DNA of 64,000 bases. Origin: Oscillospiraceae bacterium (GTDB taxonomy: Bacteria; Bacillota; Clostridia; Oscillospirales; Acutalibacteraceae). The position numbers were made by a program, and so were the translations under genes. Of the stretch, positions 1 to 8,895 are shown one piece after another. The notes under the pieces were generated by a model that worked only from the letters and a program-made list of their open reading frames with translations, was not told the origin of the DNA and searched no databases. The stretch covers positions 992 through 64,991 of the forward strand of contig CADBQU010000032.1 of the NCBI GenBank assembly GCA_902796905.1, given 5' to 3'. Numbering within the stretch: position 1 is the first letter of the stretch; every line of letters begins with the position of its first letter.

Positions 1-53
1 ATTATCCGTGGGGTTCATTTTTTTGTATCAAAATATACCGAAACCTTTTATTT

Positions 54-887
54 TTACTGTTCTGCCGTTAATTTTTTAAATTCTTTTGGGGTACATTTTT
101 TAAATTTTAAAAAATTTCGGTTGAATGTTCTTAAAGATTCATAGCCGCAGCTTATGGCTATCTCGCCTATGTTTTCTTCGGTGGAAATAATCATTCCGGC
201 GGCTTTTTCTATCCTTAGCCTATTTATATATTCTTTAAATCCCATACCTATTTTTTCGGAAAAAATATGTGAAATTCTTGAAGTGCTTATATAAATTTCT
301 TTTGACAAATCTTCTATTTTAATATTTTCGGCAAAATGATTTTTACAAAAATTTATAATAGAATTTACCGTTTTGTTTTTAAGACTGTCCGTAAACTCCA
401 TATTTTTAAAAACTTCCGCCAAAAAAGCGGTTAATATTCCGCTTAAAACTATTCTCTCCGTATCTTTCGTATTGCTTAAAACATCATTTTTATTTCTTTT
501 TTCAATATCTGATTTATTTACGGCTTTTTCTTTTAAAAATTCAAGAAAAATTTTTGCGTTTTTCGAAAGACTTTTATTTTTTATTATAGGATTTTTAGGA
601 ATTTTGTTTTTTAAAATTTCCTCCAAAAGCGGAACATAATCTACCGAAAAAATAATCAAATGAGATAATTTTATATTTTCATCTTTATAACTGTGAACAC
701 TGTAAGGAAAGGCTATGCTTAAATCTCCGGAATTTAAAGTATATTGTTCTCCGTTTATTGTAACCATGCTTTTACCGCTTATAATGTACACTATTTCCAC
801 ATATTTATGCAAATGAGGCGGAAAGGTTAAATAATCCGTTAAACCGTTATGAAAATCACTGTCTCTTCTTTCTAAAAAAGCTTCCAT
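54..887 (-). CDS. AraC-family transcriptional regulator (cupin-like N-terminus, C-terminal double HTH)
   Basis: 277-aa ORF. The C-terminal 'ISHIFSEKIGMGFKEYINRLRIEKA...GYESLRTFNRNFLKFKKCTPKEF' is AraC HTH-like. AAGGAG lies upstream of the ATG. Divergent from the GH3 gene. Confidence 0.8.
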   Translation of the reverse strand: MEAFLERRDSDFHNGLTDYLTFPPHLHKYVEIVYIISGKSMVTINGEQYTLNSGDLSIAFPYSVHSYKDENIKLSHLIIFSVDYVPLLEEILKNKIPKNPIIKNKSLSKNAKIFLEFLKEKAVNKSDIEKRNKNDVLSNTKDTERIVLSGILTAFLAEVFKNMEFTDSLKNKTVNSIINFCKNHFAENIKIEDLSKEIYISTSRISHIFSEKIGMGFKEYINRLRIEKAAGMIISTEENIGEIAISCGYESLRTFNRNFLKFKKCTPKEFKKLTAEQ

Positions 888-1040
888 AAAACTTCTCCTT
901 TTAGCATAAAATGTCTTAAACGCAGCTATTTACGACTTGAATTGTAGCATAAAATAGCTTAAAATGCAAGCATAAACAGTATTTGTTCGCCGTAAACCTA
1001 CAAAACAATAAAAACAAAACTAAATACAAGGAGCATTTTT

Positions 1041-3368
1041 ATGAGTATGAAATGGTTAAGAGCAGTAGCTCATCCGTGTTTGCCCTTAGGCGAAAACCAT
1101 ACCGTTATTTCGAACAGCGAAAAACACCGCAAACTTTCCGGAAATGCCGCAGCCGAATGCGCGGTATTAATTAAAAACGAGCAAAACTTTTTACCGTTAA
1201 AAAATGGTACTAAAGTAGCTCTTTTTGGTAAAGGAACAATAGATTATGTGCCTTACGGAGGCGGCAGCGGTACCGTTAACATTAAAGACTGTGTTAACAT
1301 TTTAAAAGGTTTGAAAGAAAAAGAAAAAGAAGGTAAAATTTTATTATATGCTCCTTTAGTAAATTTCTATATAGAACAAACAAAAGCTCATCCGTTCGAT
1401 TTATATAACGAACAAGTAAGAGAAAGAAAAGAAAATGAAGAATACGGCTTTGAACCCGAAGTACCAAAAGAGCTTATAAAATCGGCCGCAAAAGAATGTA
1501 CCACAGCTATAATTACGCTTTCGCTTATGTCTTTAGAAGAATTCGACCGCCATCCCGAAAAAGGCGACTGGTATTTAAGCACAAACGAAAAAAAATTAAT
1601 AGATGATGTAAGCAAAGAGTTTGAAAATATTATTGTATTGCTTAATATTTGTGCCGTTAGAGATATGCATTTTATAAAAGAAAACGACAAAATAAAATCC
1701 GCTTTAATTCTTTGGCTTAACGGTAACGACGGCGGAACCGCAGCAGCCGATTTATTGGTAGGAGATAAAACTCCATCGGGAAAACTTGCGGATACTGTGG
1801 CATATGATATAACCGATTATCCTTCAAATTTAAACTTTAATAAAAACGGTAAAGAAAGCATCGAACAAATTTACGAAGAAGATATATATGTTGGATACAG
1901 ATATTTCAACACCTTTAAAGACAAACAAAAAAAAGTTTTGTATCCCTTCGGTTTTGGTTTATCTTACAGCAATTTTTCCTATGAAAATACAACTTTTTTA
2001 AAAACCGACAAAGAAATTATTGTAGGCGTTGATGTTAAAAACAACGGACCGTTTAAGGCTAAAGAAATAATTCAAGTTTACTTTAAAGCCCCTAACACCA
2101 AAATTTTATGTCCGTCCGTTCAACTTGTGGACTTTAACAAAACCAAACTTTTAAACGTTAACGAAACCCAAAGATTAACATTAAGATTTAATATTTCCGA
2201 TATGGCGGCTTTTGACGATACCGGCAAAATTAAAAAATCGGCGTTTGTTTTAGACGGCGGCGAATACGAAGTTTTTGTTTCAACAAGCAGCGTAGACCAC
2301 ATACAGTCCTTTAAATTTAATTTAGACGAAACGGTAGTAAAAGAAGTAAACGACGTTTTATATCCCGATACACCGTTTGAGCGTTTATTGGGCAACGGCG
2401 AAAAAGAAAAAGTTGAGACAAAAGAAGTTAAAGAATTTAATCCGGTTTTTGAAGAAATTCCTTTCTCTCGCCCCGAAAAATGCGAAATAGATTTTAGAAA
2501 AGTGGCTTCCGGTAAAGAATCTTTAAACGATTTTATTGCAAAATTAACCAACGAAGAACTTTTGCATCTAACAAAGTGCCAGCCTTTTTCGGGCGTAGGT
2601 TCTACCGGTGCCACAGGAAATTTACCGCAATATTTTATTCCCAATTTTAATATGGCGGATGGTCCTGCCGGAATAAGAATAGAAACGTTTTTTGAAATTG
2701 TAACAACCGCATTCCCTAGTGCCACCGCAATAGCCTGCAGTTTTAACAGGGAGTTGGCGCACGAAATAGGTTCTGCCGCTGCAAAAGAACTTAAAGAAAA
2801 CAATTTAACCGTTTGGTTGGCGCCTGCTTTAAATATCCATCGTCATCCTTTATGCGGCAGAAACTTTGAATATTACAGTGAAGACCCCGTACTTTCCGGA
2901 GAAATAGCTGCAGCTGCAGTTAACGGTATACAGGAAAACGGCGTAAGCGCCACCATAAAACATTTTGCGGCAAACAATTGCGAGACCAACCGCAAAACTT
3001 CCAATTCTGTAATTTCCCAAAGAGCTTTAAGAGAAATTTATTTAAAAGGTTTTGAAATAACCGTTAAAAAATCCAATCCATATTGTATTATGACCAGTTA
3101 CAATAAACTTAACGGTGTATATCCTTCTGAAAATTATGATTTATTGGGCCTTATTTTAAGAGAAGAATGGGGATACAAAAATTTGGTTATGACCGACTGG
3201 GTAAATTTTGCCGATTGTGTTAAAGAAGTTAAAGCCGGCAATGACTTAAAAATGCCGGAAAGAGACGATTCTAAAATGTTTGAGGCTTTAAAAGACGGAC
3301 GTCTTAACAGAGGTCACTTAACTGAAGTAGCAAAACACATTTTAAGCACATATTTACTTTTTGAATAA
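1041..3368 (+). CDS. Glycoside hydrolase family 3 (beta-glucosidase-like) with permuted domain order
   Basis: 775 aa, with AAGGAG at 1029-1034. The alpha/beta-sandwich and FnIII-like parts ('PSGKLADT', 'PFGFGLSYSNF') come first. The TIM-barrel motifs ('ADGPAGIR', 'KHFAANNCETNR', nucleophile 'VMTDW') are C-terminal. Confidence 0.85.
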   Translation: MSMKWLRAVAHPCLPLGENHTVISNSEKHRKLSGNAAAECAVLIKNEQNFLPLKNGTKVALFGKGTIDYVPYGGGSGTVNIKDCVNILKGLKEKEKEGKILLYAPLVNFYIEQTKAHPFDLYNEQVRERKENEEYGFEPEVPKELIKSAAKECTTAIITLSLMSLEEFDRHPEKGDWYLSTNEKKLIDDVSKEFENIIVLLNICAVRDMHFIKENDKIKSALILWLNGNDGGTAAADLLVGDKTPSGKLADTVAYDITDYPSNLNFNKNGKESIEQIYEEDIYVGYRYFNTFKDKQKKVLYPFGFGLSYSNFSYENTTFLKTDKEIIVGVDVKNNGPFKAKEIIQVYFKAPNTKILCPSVQLVDFNKTKLLNVNETQRLTLRFNISDMAAFDDTGKIKKSAFVLDGGEYEVFVSTSSVDHIQSFKFNLDETVVKEVNDVLYPDTPFERLLGNGEKEKVETKEVKEFNPVFEEIPFSRPEKCEIDFRKVASGKESLNDFIAKLTNEELLHLTKCQPFSGVGSTGATGNLPQYFIPNFNMADGPAGIRIETFFEIVTTAFPSATAIACSFNRELAHEIGSAAAKELKENNLTVWLAPALNIHRHPLCGRNFEYYSEDPVLSGEIAAAAVNGIQENGVSATIKHFAANNCETNRKTSNSVISQRALREIYLKGFEITVKKSNPYCIMTSYNKLNGVYPSENYDLLGLILREEWGYKNLVMTDWVNFADCVKEVKAGNDLKMPERDDSKMFEALKDGRLNRGHLTEVAKHILSTYLLFE

Positions 3369-3415
3369 ACTTAAAAATCCAATTAATATTCAATTTCCTC
3401 TTTTTTATATTTTTA

Positions 3416-3465
3416 ATGCAATCCGAATATTGCCAAAACCGTGCAATATTCGGATTGCATTTTTA
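3416..3465 (+). terminator. Rho-independent terminator after the GH3 gene
   Basis: 18-bp perfect stem atgcaatccgaatattgc / gcaatattcggattgcat (3416-3433 / 3443-3460) followed by tttt. Confidence 0.65.
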
Positions 3466-3483
3466 TAACTTATATAAATGAAA

Positions 3484-3702
3484 TTTGAATATAATATTCG
3501 CAGACAAAGCAAAGCCAATGCTTTGCTTTAAAAGGCTTTGCCTTTTGGAACCTCCGTTCCGTCTGCTTTATTGAAATTTCAAAATTATTTTTGCGTTGCA
3601 AAAATACAGCCCACGCTGCTCAAAGCCTATGGCTTTGAATTTTGAATATAATATTCGCAAACAAAGCAAAGCTAAAGCTTTGTTTTAAAAGGCTTTGCCT
3701 TT
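3484..3702. repeat. Cluster of repeat-element copies containing a 62-bp direct duplication (3484-3545 and 3641-3702)
   Basis: 'tttgaatataatattcgcaRacaaagcaaagc..gctttg.tttaaaaggctttgccttt' occurs twice with a few substitutions. Additional hairpins lie between the copies (caaagcc-tat-ggctttg at about 3621-3637). Confidence 0.8.
3500..3566. repeat. Four-way-junction (FWJ) intergenic element, divergent sequence variant
   Basis: Outer stem gcagac/gtctgc encloses three perfect hairpins: aaagcaaagc-caat-gctttgcttt, aaaaggc-ttt-gcctttt and ggaac-ctcc-gttcc. There are no unpaired junction bases. Confidence 0.8.
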
Positions 3703-3762
3703 AAATTTATGTACCAATGCTTTTAAATAACTAAAACCTTTTAATGTATTTTAATAAAAAAG

Positions 3763-3795
3763 CCCCGAAAACCGCAAAGGTTTTCGGGGTTGAAT
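3763..3795 (-). terminator. Rho-independent terminator of rplM-rpsI
   Basis: ccccgaaaacc / ggttttcgggg hairpin (3763-3789). On the minus strand it is followed by cttttttatt. Confidence 0.65.
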
Positions 3796-3821
3796 ATTTC
3801 GAAAAAACGAAAATATACAAA

Positions 3822-4220
3822 TTATCTCTTTGAGAACTGAGGTGCACGACGGGCGCCTTTTAAACCGTATTTCTTTCTTTCCTTCATTCTCGGATCACGA
3901 GTGAGAAGACCGGCTTTTTTAAGCAACGGACGAAATTCTTCGTCTGCCGACAATAAAGCCCTTGAAAGGCCATGACGGATAGCACCTGCTTGGCCTGTAA
4001 CTCCGCCGCCGGTTACATTACAAACTATATCGAATTTACCTTCTGTGTTTGTTATGTTTAACGGCTGACGAACGATTAATTTTAAAGTTTCAAGACCGAA
4101 ATAATCATCAATATCCCTATTGTTTACAGTGATTTTTCCGGTACCGTTATAAACTCTTACACGGGCAACAGAACTTTTTCTTCTGCCTGTGCCGTAAAAA
4201 TATGGCTTTCCTTCAAACAT
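3822..4220 (-). CDS. rpsI: 30S ribosomal protein S9
   Basis: 132 aa. Contains '[19 protein letters not shown]' and ends with the C-terminal '...RRAPQFSKR'. Confidence 0.97.
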   Translation of the reverse strand: MFEGKPYFYGTGRRKSSVARVRVYNGTGKITVNNRDIDDYFGLETLKLIVRQPLNITNTEGKFDIVCNVTGGGVTGQAGAIRHGLSRALLSADEEFRPLLKKAGLLTRDPRMKERKKYGLKGARRAPQFSKR

Positions 4221-4237
4221 TTATTCTGTCTCCCTTC

Positions 4238-4666
4238 TTAAAATTCCAATACTTCGGGTTTTTGAGCCGCATGGATATGCTCGGCGTCTTTATAAACACG
4301 AAGTCTGGTTAATGCTTTTCTGCCTAAAGTGTTGTCGGGCAACATACCTTTAACAGCTTTGGTCATTGCAAATTCCGGTTTTTCGGCCATTAAAGTTTTG
4401 TAATTAACTTCTTTTAAAGAACCGATGTAACCTGTGTGATGATAGTATTTTTTGCCTATAAGTTTATTACCTGTTAAAACAGCGTCTTTTGCATTAATAA
4501 TAATAACAAAATCTCCGCAGTCAACATGAGGAGTAAACTCCGGCTTAATTTTACCTCTTAAAATATCGGCGGCTTTGGCAGCTGTACGGCCCAAAGGTTT
4601 TCCTGCCGCATCAATAATATACCATTTACGCTGAATATCCTGAGGTTTTGCCATAAATGTAGACAT
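4238..4666 (-). CDS. rplM: 50S ribosomal protein L13
   Basis: 142 aa, N-terminus '[22 protein letters not shown]'. GGGAGG Shine-Dalgarno. Lies immediately upstream of rpsI, the conserved gene order. Confidence 0.97.
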   Translation of the reverse strand: MSTFMAKPQDIQRKWYIIDAAGKPLGRTAAKAADILRGKIKPEFTPHVDCGDFVIIINAKDAVLTGNKLIGKKYYHHTGYIGSLKEVNYKTLMAEKPEFAMTKAVKGMLPDNTLGRKALTRLRVYKDAEHIHAAQKPEVLEF

Positions 4667-4954
4667 AATTTTTCCTCCCTTTTTTCATTAAGCCTAATAA
4701 TTTTAGCACAAGGAAAAGTTAAAGTCAACCAAAATTTATAAAAAAATTAATAATTTTTACAATATCTCTTTTTTTCTTTTATTTTCTCTTAAATACTCTT
4801 AAATGCTCGTTAAAAAAATAAAAAATTCAACTCTCTTTACAAAGACCGAATATTTGCTATAATAGTATTAGTCAACAATATATTCATGTTAAATATTTAG
4901 GTTAAATATTTAGGTTAAAAAATTTTGTTATATTTAAATTTTAAGGAGAAAAAA

Positions 4955-5956
4955 ATGGCAAACAAAGCTATTAACGAACTACCTGTTTTTAAAATAAAAC
5001 AAAACACACAAGGCATTTTTCCTTTAACAATATTTACCGCGGCTTTTACCGCCGTAACGGTTTTACTTTATTTAAATAATAACGGGGCTTTTATAATAAC
5101 CGGATTTTTAACCGTTTTTCTCTTTGTTATTTTTGTGAGCGTTATTTTTAAATTGTTATTTAATAAGCTTATAATTTACAAAAACGGTTTTTATTTTAAA
5201 ACCAATATGTTTAACGGAAAATTTTATAAATTTAACGATATTTTAAAATTTTGGGTTTCTTACGGCAAAACAAGCAACGGGACCCTGCAAAATTGTTTAA
5301 ATTTTAAAACAATTGATACCGAGACAAAAAATATTTCCGTTTTAAAATTTTTATATTGCGATTTTTTAAATGAAGACGCAGTAGATTTTTTATCAAAAAA
5401 CATAAAGCCCAAAGCAATCGGCAGCGATTTTCAAAATTACTGCCCAAAAAGCCTTAATACACCTAATAATTACGATTTTATTATAACCGGAAAGGAAAAT
5501 TCCGGCTTTAGAATTTTTATAAGCTTTGCCTGTTTTTTAATATTTTTATATTTAAGCATAAATACGGCGCTGCACAACAAAATCAACAATTCAAATACTA
5601 TTTATTTTATTGGTTTTTTTGCAATAACTCTGCTGCTTTTTATAGCTTTAACAAAATTAACAGTGCGATATTTTTGCTTTAAAATTTTAATTTATAAAAA
5701 CGGTTTTTACCTAAAAACCAATATGTTTAACGGAAAATTTTATAATTTTAACGAAGTTAAAAGCTGTAAAATAACCACGGTAAGCCGATTGCTGCACTCT
5801 AAAAGCGGCTTTGAAATTTTTTACCGCGATTATTGCATTATTGATTTAAAAAACAAAAAAACTTTAAAAATACAATTTGAAAAATATCTTTATTACACAG
5901 AATTTGACGTTTTAAAAGAAAGGTCGCAAAACAACAGCAAAGCAATTGCTGATTAA
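4955..5956 (+). CDS. Hypothetical membrane protein with an internal two-fold duplication
   Basis: Start moved to the ATG at 4955 (AAGGAG at 4943-4948). '(I/L)IYKNGFY(F/L)KTNMFNGKFY(K/N)FN(D/E)' occurs twice, each time after a pair of hydrophobic helices. Confidence 0.6.
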   Translation: MANKAINELPVFKIKQNTQGIFPLTIFTAAFTAVTVLLYLNNNGAFIITGFLTVFLFVIFVSVIFKLLFNKLIIYKNGFYFKTNMFNGKFYKFNDILKFWVSYGKTSNGTLQNCLNFKTIDTETKNISVLKFLYCDFLNEDAVDFLSKNIKPKAIGSDFQNYCPKSLNTPNNYDFIITGKENSGFRIFISFACFLIFLYLSINTALHNKINNSNTIYFIGFFAITLLLFIALTKLTVRYFCFKILIYKNGFYLKTNMFNGKFYNFNEVKSCKITTVSRLLHSKSGFEIFYRDYCIIDLKNKKTLKIQFEKYLYYTEFDVLKERSQNNSKAIAD

Positions 5957-5970
5957 TAATCGGTAAAACT

Positions 5971-6864
5971 ATGGCAAAAAATAAATCTTTTTTAAACAAA
6001 AACCGCAATAAAAAACCAACTGCAAATATAACTAAAAACTATTTTAACAAAAGCCTTTTTGTTATGGGTTTAAAAAATTCCGTACCGGTAGGTTTAGGAT
6101 ACCTTTCGGTTTCTTTTGCGTTCGGAATTTTCGCGGTATCAAAAGGTATGAAACCTATAGAAGCACTGCTTATTTCCATGTTTAATTTAACCAGTGCCGG
6201 GCAGCTTGCCGCCGTGCCCATAATAGCTTCGGGCGGAAAATTTATAGAGCTTGCTTTAACGGAATTTATTATAAATATAAGATATTCTTTAATGAGTATT
6301 TTGCTTGCCGAAAAGGCCGATAAAAACTTTACGGCAAAAAAACGCGCAGCACTTTCTTTTGGTATTACCGACGAAATTTTTGCGTTGGGATATTTAAGAA
6401 ACGGCAGTTTAAAGTACGAATACTTCTTTGGCCTTTTGCCCATTCCCTATTTTTGTTGGAGCATCGGCAGTATTTTGGGTGCCGTTGCAGGCAACATATT
6501 ACCACAAATAATAATATCCGCTTTAGGCATTATGATTTACGCTATGTTTACGGCTATTGTTTTACCCGAAGCAAAAAAACAAAAAGCCGTTGCCTTTTGT
6601 TCGTTATTATCAATAGCTTTAAGCCTTGCTTTTTATTATATTAAATTTTTAAAAGCCGTGCCTGCAGGGTTTGCTCTTATTATTTGCGCCGTGGCCGCAA
6701 GCGTTATTTCGGCTTTGATTTTTCCAAAAAAAGACGAAGAAGAAACAGAAACGGCAAAAGAGACGGCAGAAGAAATAACAAAAGAATTAAAAGAAGAAGT
6801 AAAAAAGGCAGAAAAAATAACGAAACCGAAAAAAATAAAAAAGCAAAAGGAGAAAACAAACTGA
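5971..6864 (+). CDS. azlC: AzlC-family branched-chain amino-acid exporter subunit with a Lys/Glu-rich C-terminal tail
   Basis: The 'LGYLSVSFAFGIFAV..LTSAGQLAAV' core is AzlC-like. The last ~50 aa are a K/E-rich low-complexity tail. Confidence 0.8.
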   Translation: MAKNKSFLNKNRNKKPTANITKNYFNKSLFVMGLKNSVPVGLGYLSVSFAFGIFAVSKGMKPIEALLISMFNLTSAGQLAAVPIIASGGKFIELALTEFIINIRYSLMSILLAEKADKNFTAKKRAALSFGITDEIFALGYLRNGSLKYEYFFGLLPIPYFCWSIGSILGAVAGNILPQIIISALGIMIYAMFTAIVLPEAKKQKAVAFCSLLSIALSLAFYYIKFLKAVPAGFALIICAVAASVISALIFPKKDEEETETAKETAEEITKELKEEVKKAEKITKPKKIKKQKEKTN

Positions 6865-6865
6865 T

Positions 6866-7186
6866 ATGTCGCTGAAATTTTATATATATTTATTTGTTAT
6901 GTCCTTTGTAACTTTTTTAATAAGAATGATACCCTTTACTTTTTTAAACAAAAAAATAAAGTCCCGCTTTTTAAATTCCGTTCTGTTTTATATGCCATAC
7001 GCGGTTTTGGCCGCTATGACCGTTCCGGCGGTTTTTTATTCCACCTCTTCGGTTTATTCAGCAGCTTTTGGGTTTGCGGTAGCTATTATTCTTTCGTTTT
7101 TAAAAAAAAGCCTTATAACCGTAGCTTTGTGTTCAAGCGCGGGGGCTTTAGCCGTTGAGTTTTTAATTTCGGTAATTTTAAAATAA
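6866..7186 (+). CDS. azlD: AzlD-family small membrane subunit
   Basis: 106 aa, hydrophobic, with an 'IRMIPF' motif. AAGGAG lies inside the azlC 3' end, 1 nt after the azlC stop. Confidence 0.7.
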   Translation: MSLKFYIYLFVMSFVTFLIRMIPFTFLNKKIKSRFLNSVLFYMPYAVLAAMTVPAVFYSTSSVYSAAFGFAVAIILSFLKKSLITVALCSSAGALAVEFLISVILK

Positions 7187-7480
7187 AAACATATAAAAAT
7201 ATTTAAAAATTTTTTAAATATTTTTATATTTTTAAATAACTTTATACTTTAAATATTTCTATACTTTTAATGCTTTTATATTTCTAATGCTTTTATACTT
7301 ATAATATTTTTAATATTTTTGATTTTTTATCTATAACCGCAAAAAAATCCAACGCTTTATTACCGCAAAACTTTGCGGCAATAAAAATATTTTACTGCCT
7401 TTTGCGCCAAAACTTATTTTGGAACCATTTATTGTAAAAACATTAATTATTATCAACCGTTTAACAGTTATTGTGCCGAA

Positions 7481-7515
7481 GTTCTAATCTGTTACACTAG
7501 GCAAACAAGAATAAT
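7481..7515 (+). other. Degenerate partial copy of the right end of the 16493-16769 element
   Basis: 'gttctaatctgttacactaggcaaacaagaataat' aligns with 16750-16785 'gttcgagtcctgtcacactaggcaagcgagaataat'. 30 of 37 aligned columns are identical, with one gap. Confidence 0.5.
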
Positions 7516-7523
7516 GTTAATAC

Positions 7524-7552
7524 TTGTAAAATTAAAATATTTATGATAAAAT
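7524..7552 (+). promoter_or_regulatory. Candidate sigma-70-type promoter of rnpB
   Basis: ttgtaa (7524-7529), 17-nt spacer, taaaat (7547-7552). The -10 lies about 8 nt before the first P1 nucleotide of RNase P RNA. Confidence 0.45.
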
Positions 7553-7559
7553 TAAACTT

Positions 7560-7979
7560 ACCTGAGTTAGTCGGACGGCTGCGGAAAACGGGCTTTAATT
7601 TAAGCCTTGCGTTTTCTGAGGAAAGTCCGAGCATCGTAGGGCGGAATAACGGCTAACGGCCGCCGTGGGCAACCATAGGACGAGTGCAACAGAGATATAC
7701 CGCCGATTTTTTGCCGTAACGATTTTATTTTTTAAAATTCGTTTCGGTTTTTGGTAAGGGTGGAAAGGTGCGGTAAGAGCGCACCGGGCCGATAGGTAAC
7801 TATCGGCTTATGTAAACTCTATTCGATGCAACACCAACCGAAACTATACGCTTGCCCGGCGTGTTTCAAAAGGTGGCTGGAGCGCAGGAGCAATTCTGCG
7901 TCGAGATAGATGGTCGTCTTTAATATAGGAATTTATTTTCTATATTAAAACAGAACTCGGCTTACAGACTGACTCAGGT
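7560..7979 (+). ncRNA. rnpB: RNase P RNA
   Basis: Universal P4 strands 'gaggaaagtccgagc' (7618-7632) and 'acagaactcggcttacag' (7950-7967), with compensatory ccgag/ctcgg. A 13-bp P1 forms between 7560-7572 and 7967-7979. Confidence 0.9.
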
Positions 7980-8099
7980 TTAATAAATATTTTAAATGAT
8001 ATTTAAAATATATTTAAACGTTATATTTTTTATTTTTGTATTATGCGCTTTGGCATTACCGTATTTTGATATATTTTTATAATATTATGGGAGAATATT

Positions 8100-8708
8100 A
8101 TGAAAAAATTTTTTTCGTTAATTTTGTCGGCTTTTTTGTTTTTAAATATTTTTTGCAGCTGCAAAAATAAAGAAACCACTTTTACGGCTTATATAGACGA
8201 AGCCGGATTTTACAATAACCGTATTTCGGTTTATACCGCAGACGATACTGTGGATTTTGACGCAGCGGATGTTACTTTTACTTCAGGCTCTTTTAAGCCG
8301 AAATCTTTTGGAATAGTAAAAATAACATACAGTAAAATAAGCACAAAAGAATCGGTACCAAAAATAACCGCCTCTAAGGTAGAATATTTAAAAGACGCAA
8401 AATACCGTACAATATTAAAAGAAGAATACGAAAAATTAAATAAAGACGATTTTGTTTTGATAGACGTACGAAGCACGGATATTTATAAAAAAATGGGACA
8501 TTTACAAAACGCAATAAATATTTCGGCAAAAAAAATAAATCCTAAAATAAAAACCAAATTCTTACCGGACTTAAACAAAAAAATAGTTGTTTACGGCAGC
8601 AGCGATAAAAACTCCAAAATTGCCAGTCTGTTTTTATTAACATTAGGTTATACGAATGTTTACGATTTAGGCGGAATAGAAGGAAAAGACTATAAATTGG
8701 TTATATAA
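8100..8708 (+). CDS. Lipoprotein with a C-terminal rhodanese-like domain (catalytic Cys absent)
   Basis: Signal peptide and lipobox 'NIFCSC'. Rhodanese fold 'FVLIDVRS..Y..GH..NAINI'. The active-site position reads 'VVYGSSDKNS', with G in place of C. Confidence 0.7.
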   Translation: MKKFFSLILSAFLFLNIFCSCKNKETTFTAYIDEAGFYNNRISVYTADDTVDFDAADVTFTSGSFKPKSFGIVKITYSKISTKESVPKITASKVEYLKDAKYRTILKEEYEKLNKDDFVLIDVRSTDIYKKMGHLQNAINISAKKINPKIKTKFLPDLNKKIVVYGSSDKNSKIASLFLLTLGYTNVYDLGGIEGKDYKLVI

Positions 8709-8712
8709 TTTA

Positions 8713-8806
8713 GGGCGAAGCCCAAAGCCCGAAGCCTAAAAGGCTTCGGGCTTTAACAAAAGCAAAGCTTTTGTTCCGAAAACCTCTGGTTTTCGGGGCT
8801 TCGCCC
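8713..8806 (-). repeat. FWJ intergenic element, order C-B-A
   Basis: Outer stem gggcgaagcc/ggcttcgccc. Hairpins aaagcccgaagcc-taaaa-ggcttcgggcttt, aacaaaagc-aaa-gcttttgtt and ccgaaaacc-tct-ggttttcgg. Confidence 0.9.
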
Positions 8807-8895
8807 GCAGCACCGTAAAACTTTAAAAACCGATTTCGGACAAAAAATCCAAAATCGGTTTTATTTTTTGTTTTATTTTTTTATATTTGTAAAAA

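Noticed and set aside
7190-7330. A/T-only palindromes and quasi-repeats after azlD (aaaatatttaaaaa/tttttaaatatttt; tatac/aatgctttt units)
   Set aside because: This is low-complexity A/T sequence in an A/T-rich genome, so such symmetry is expected by chance. There is no clear unit or function.
7335-7440. Additional degenerate FWJ copy upstream of rnpB (ccgcaaaactttgcgg and ccaaaacttattttgg hairpins)
   Set aside because: Only short hairpins are recognisable and there is no enclosing outer stem, so it is too degraded to call.
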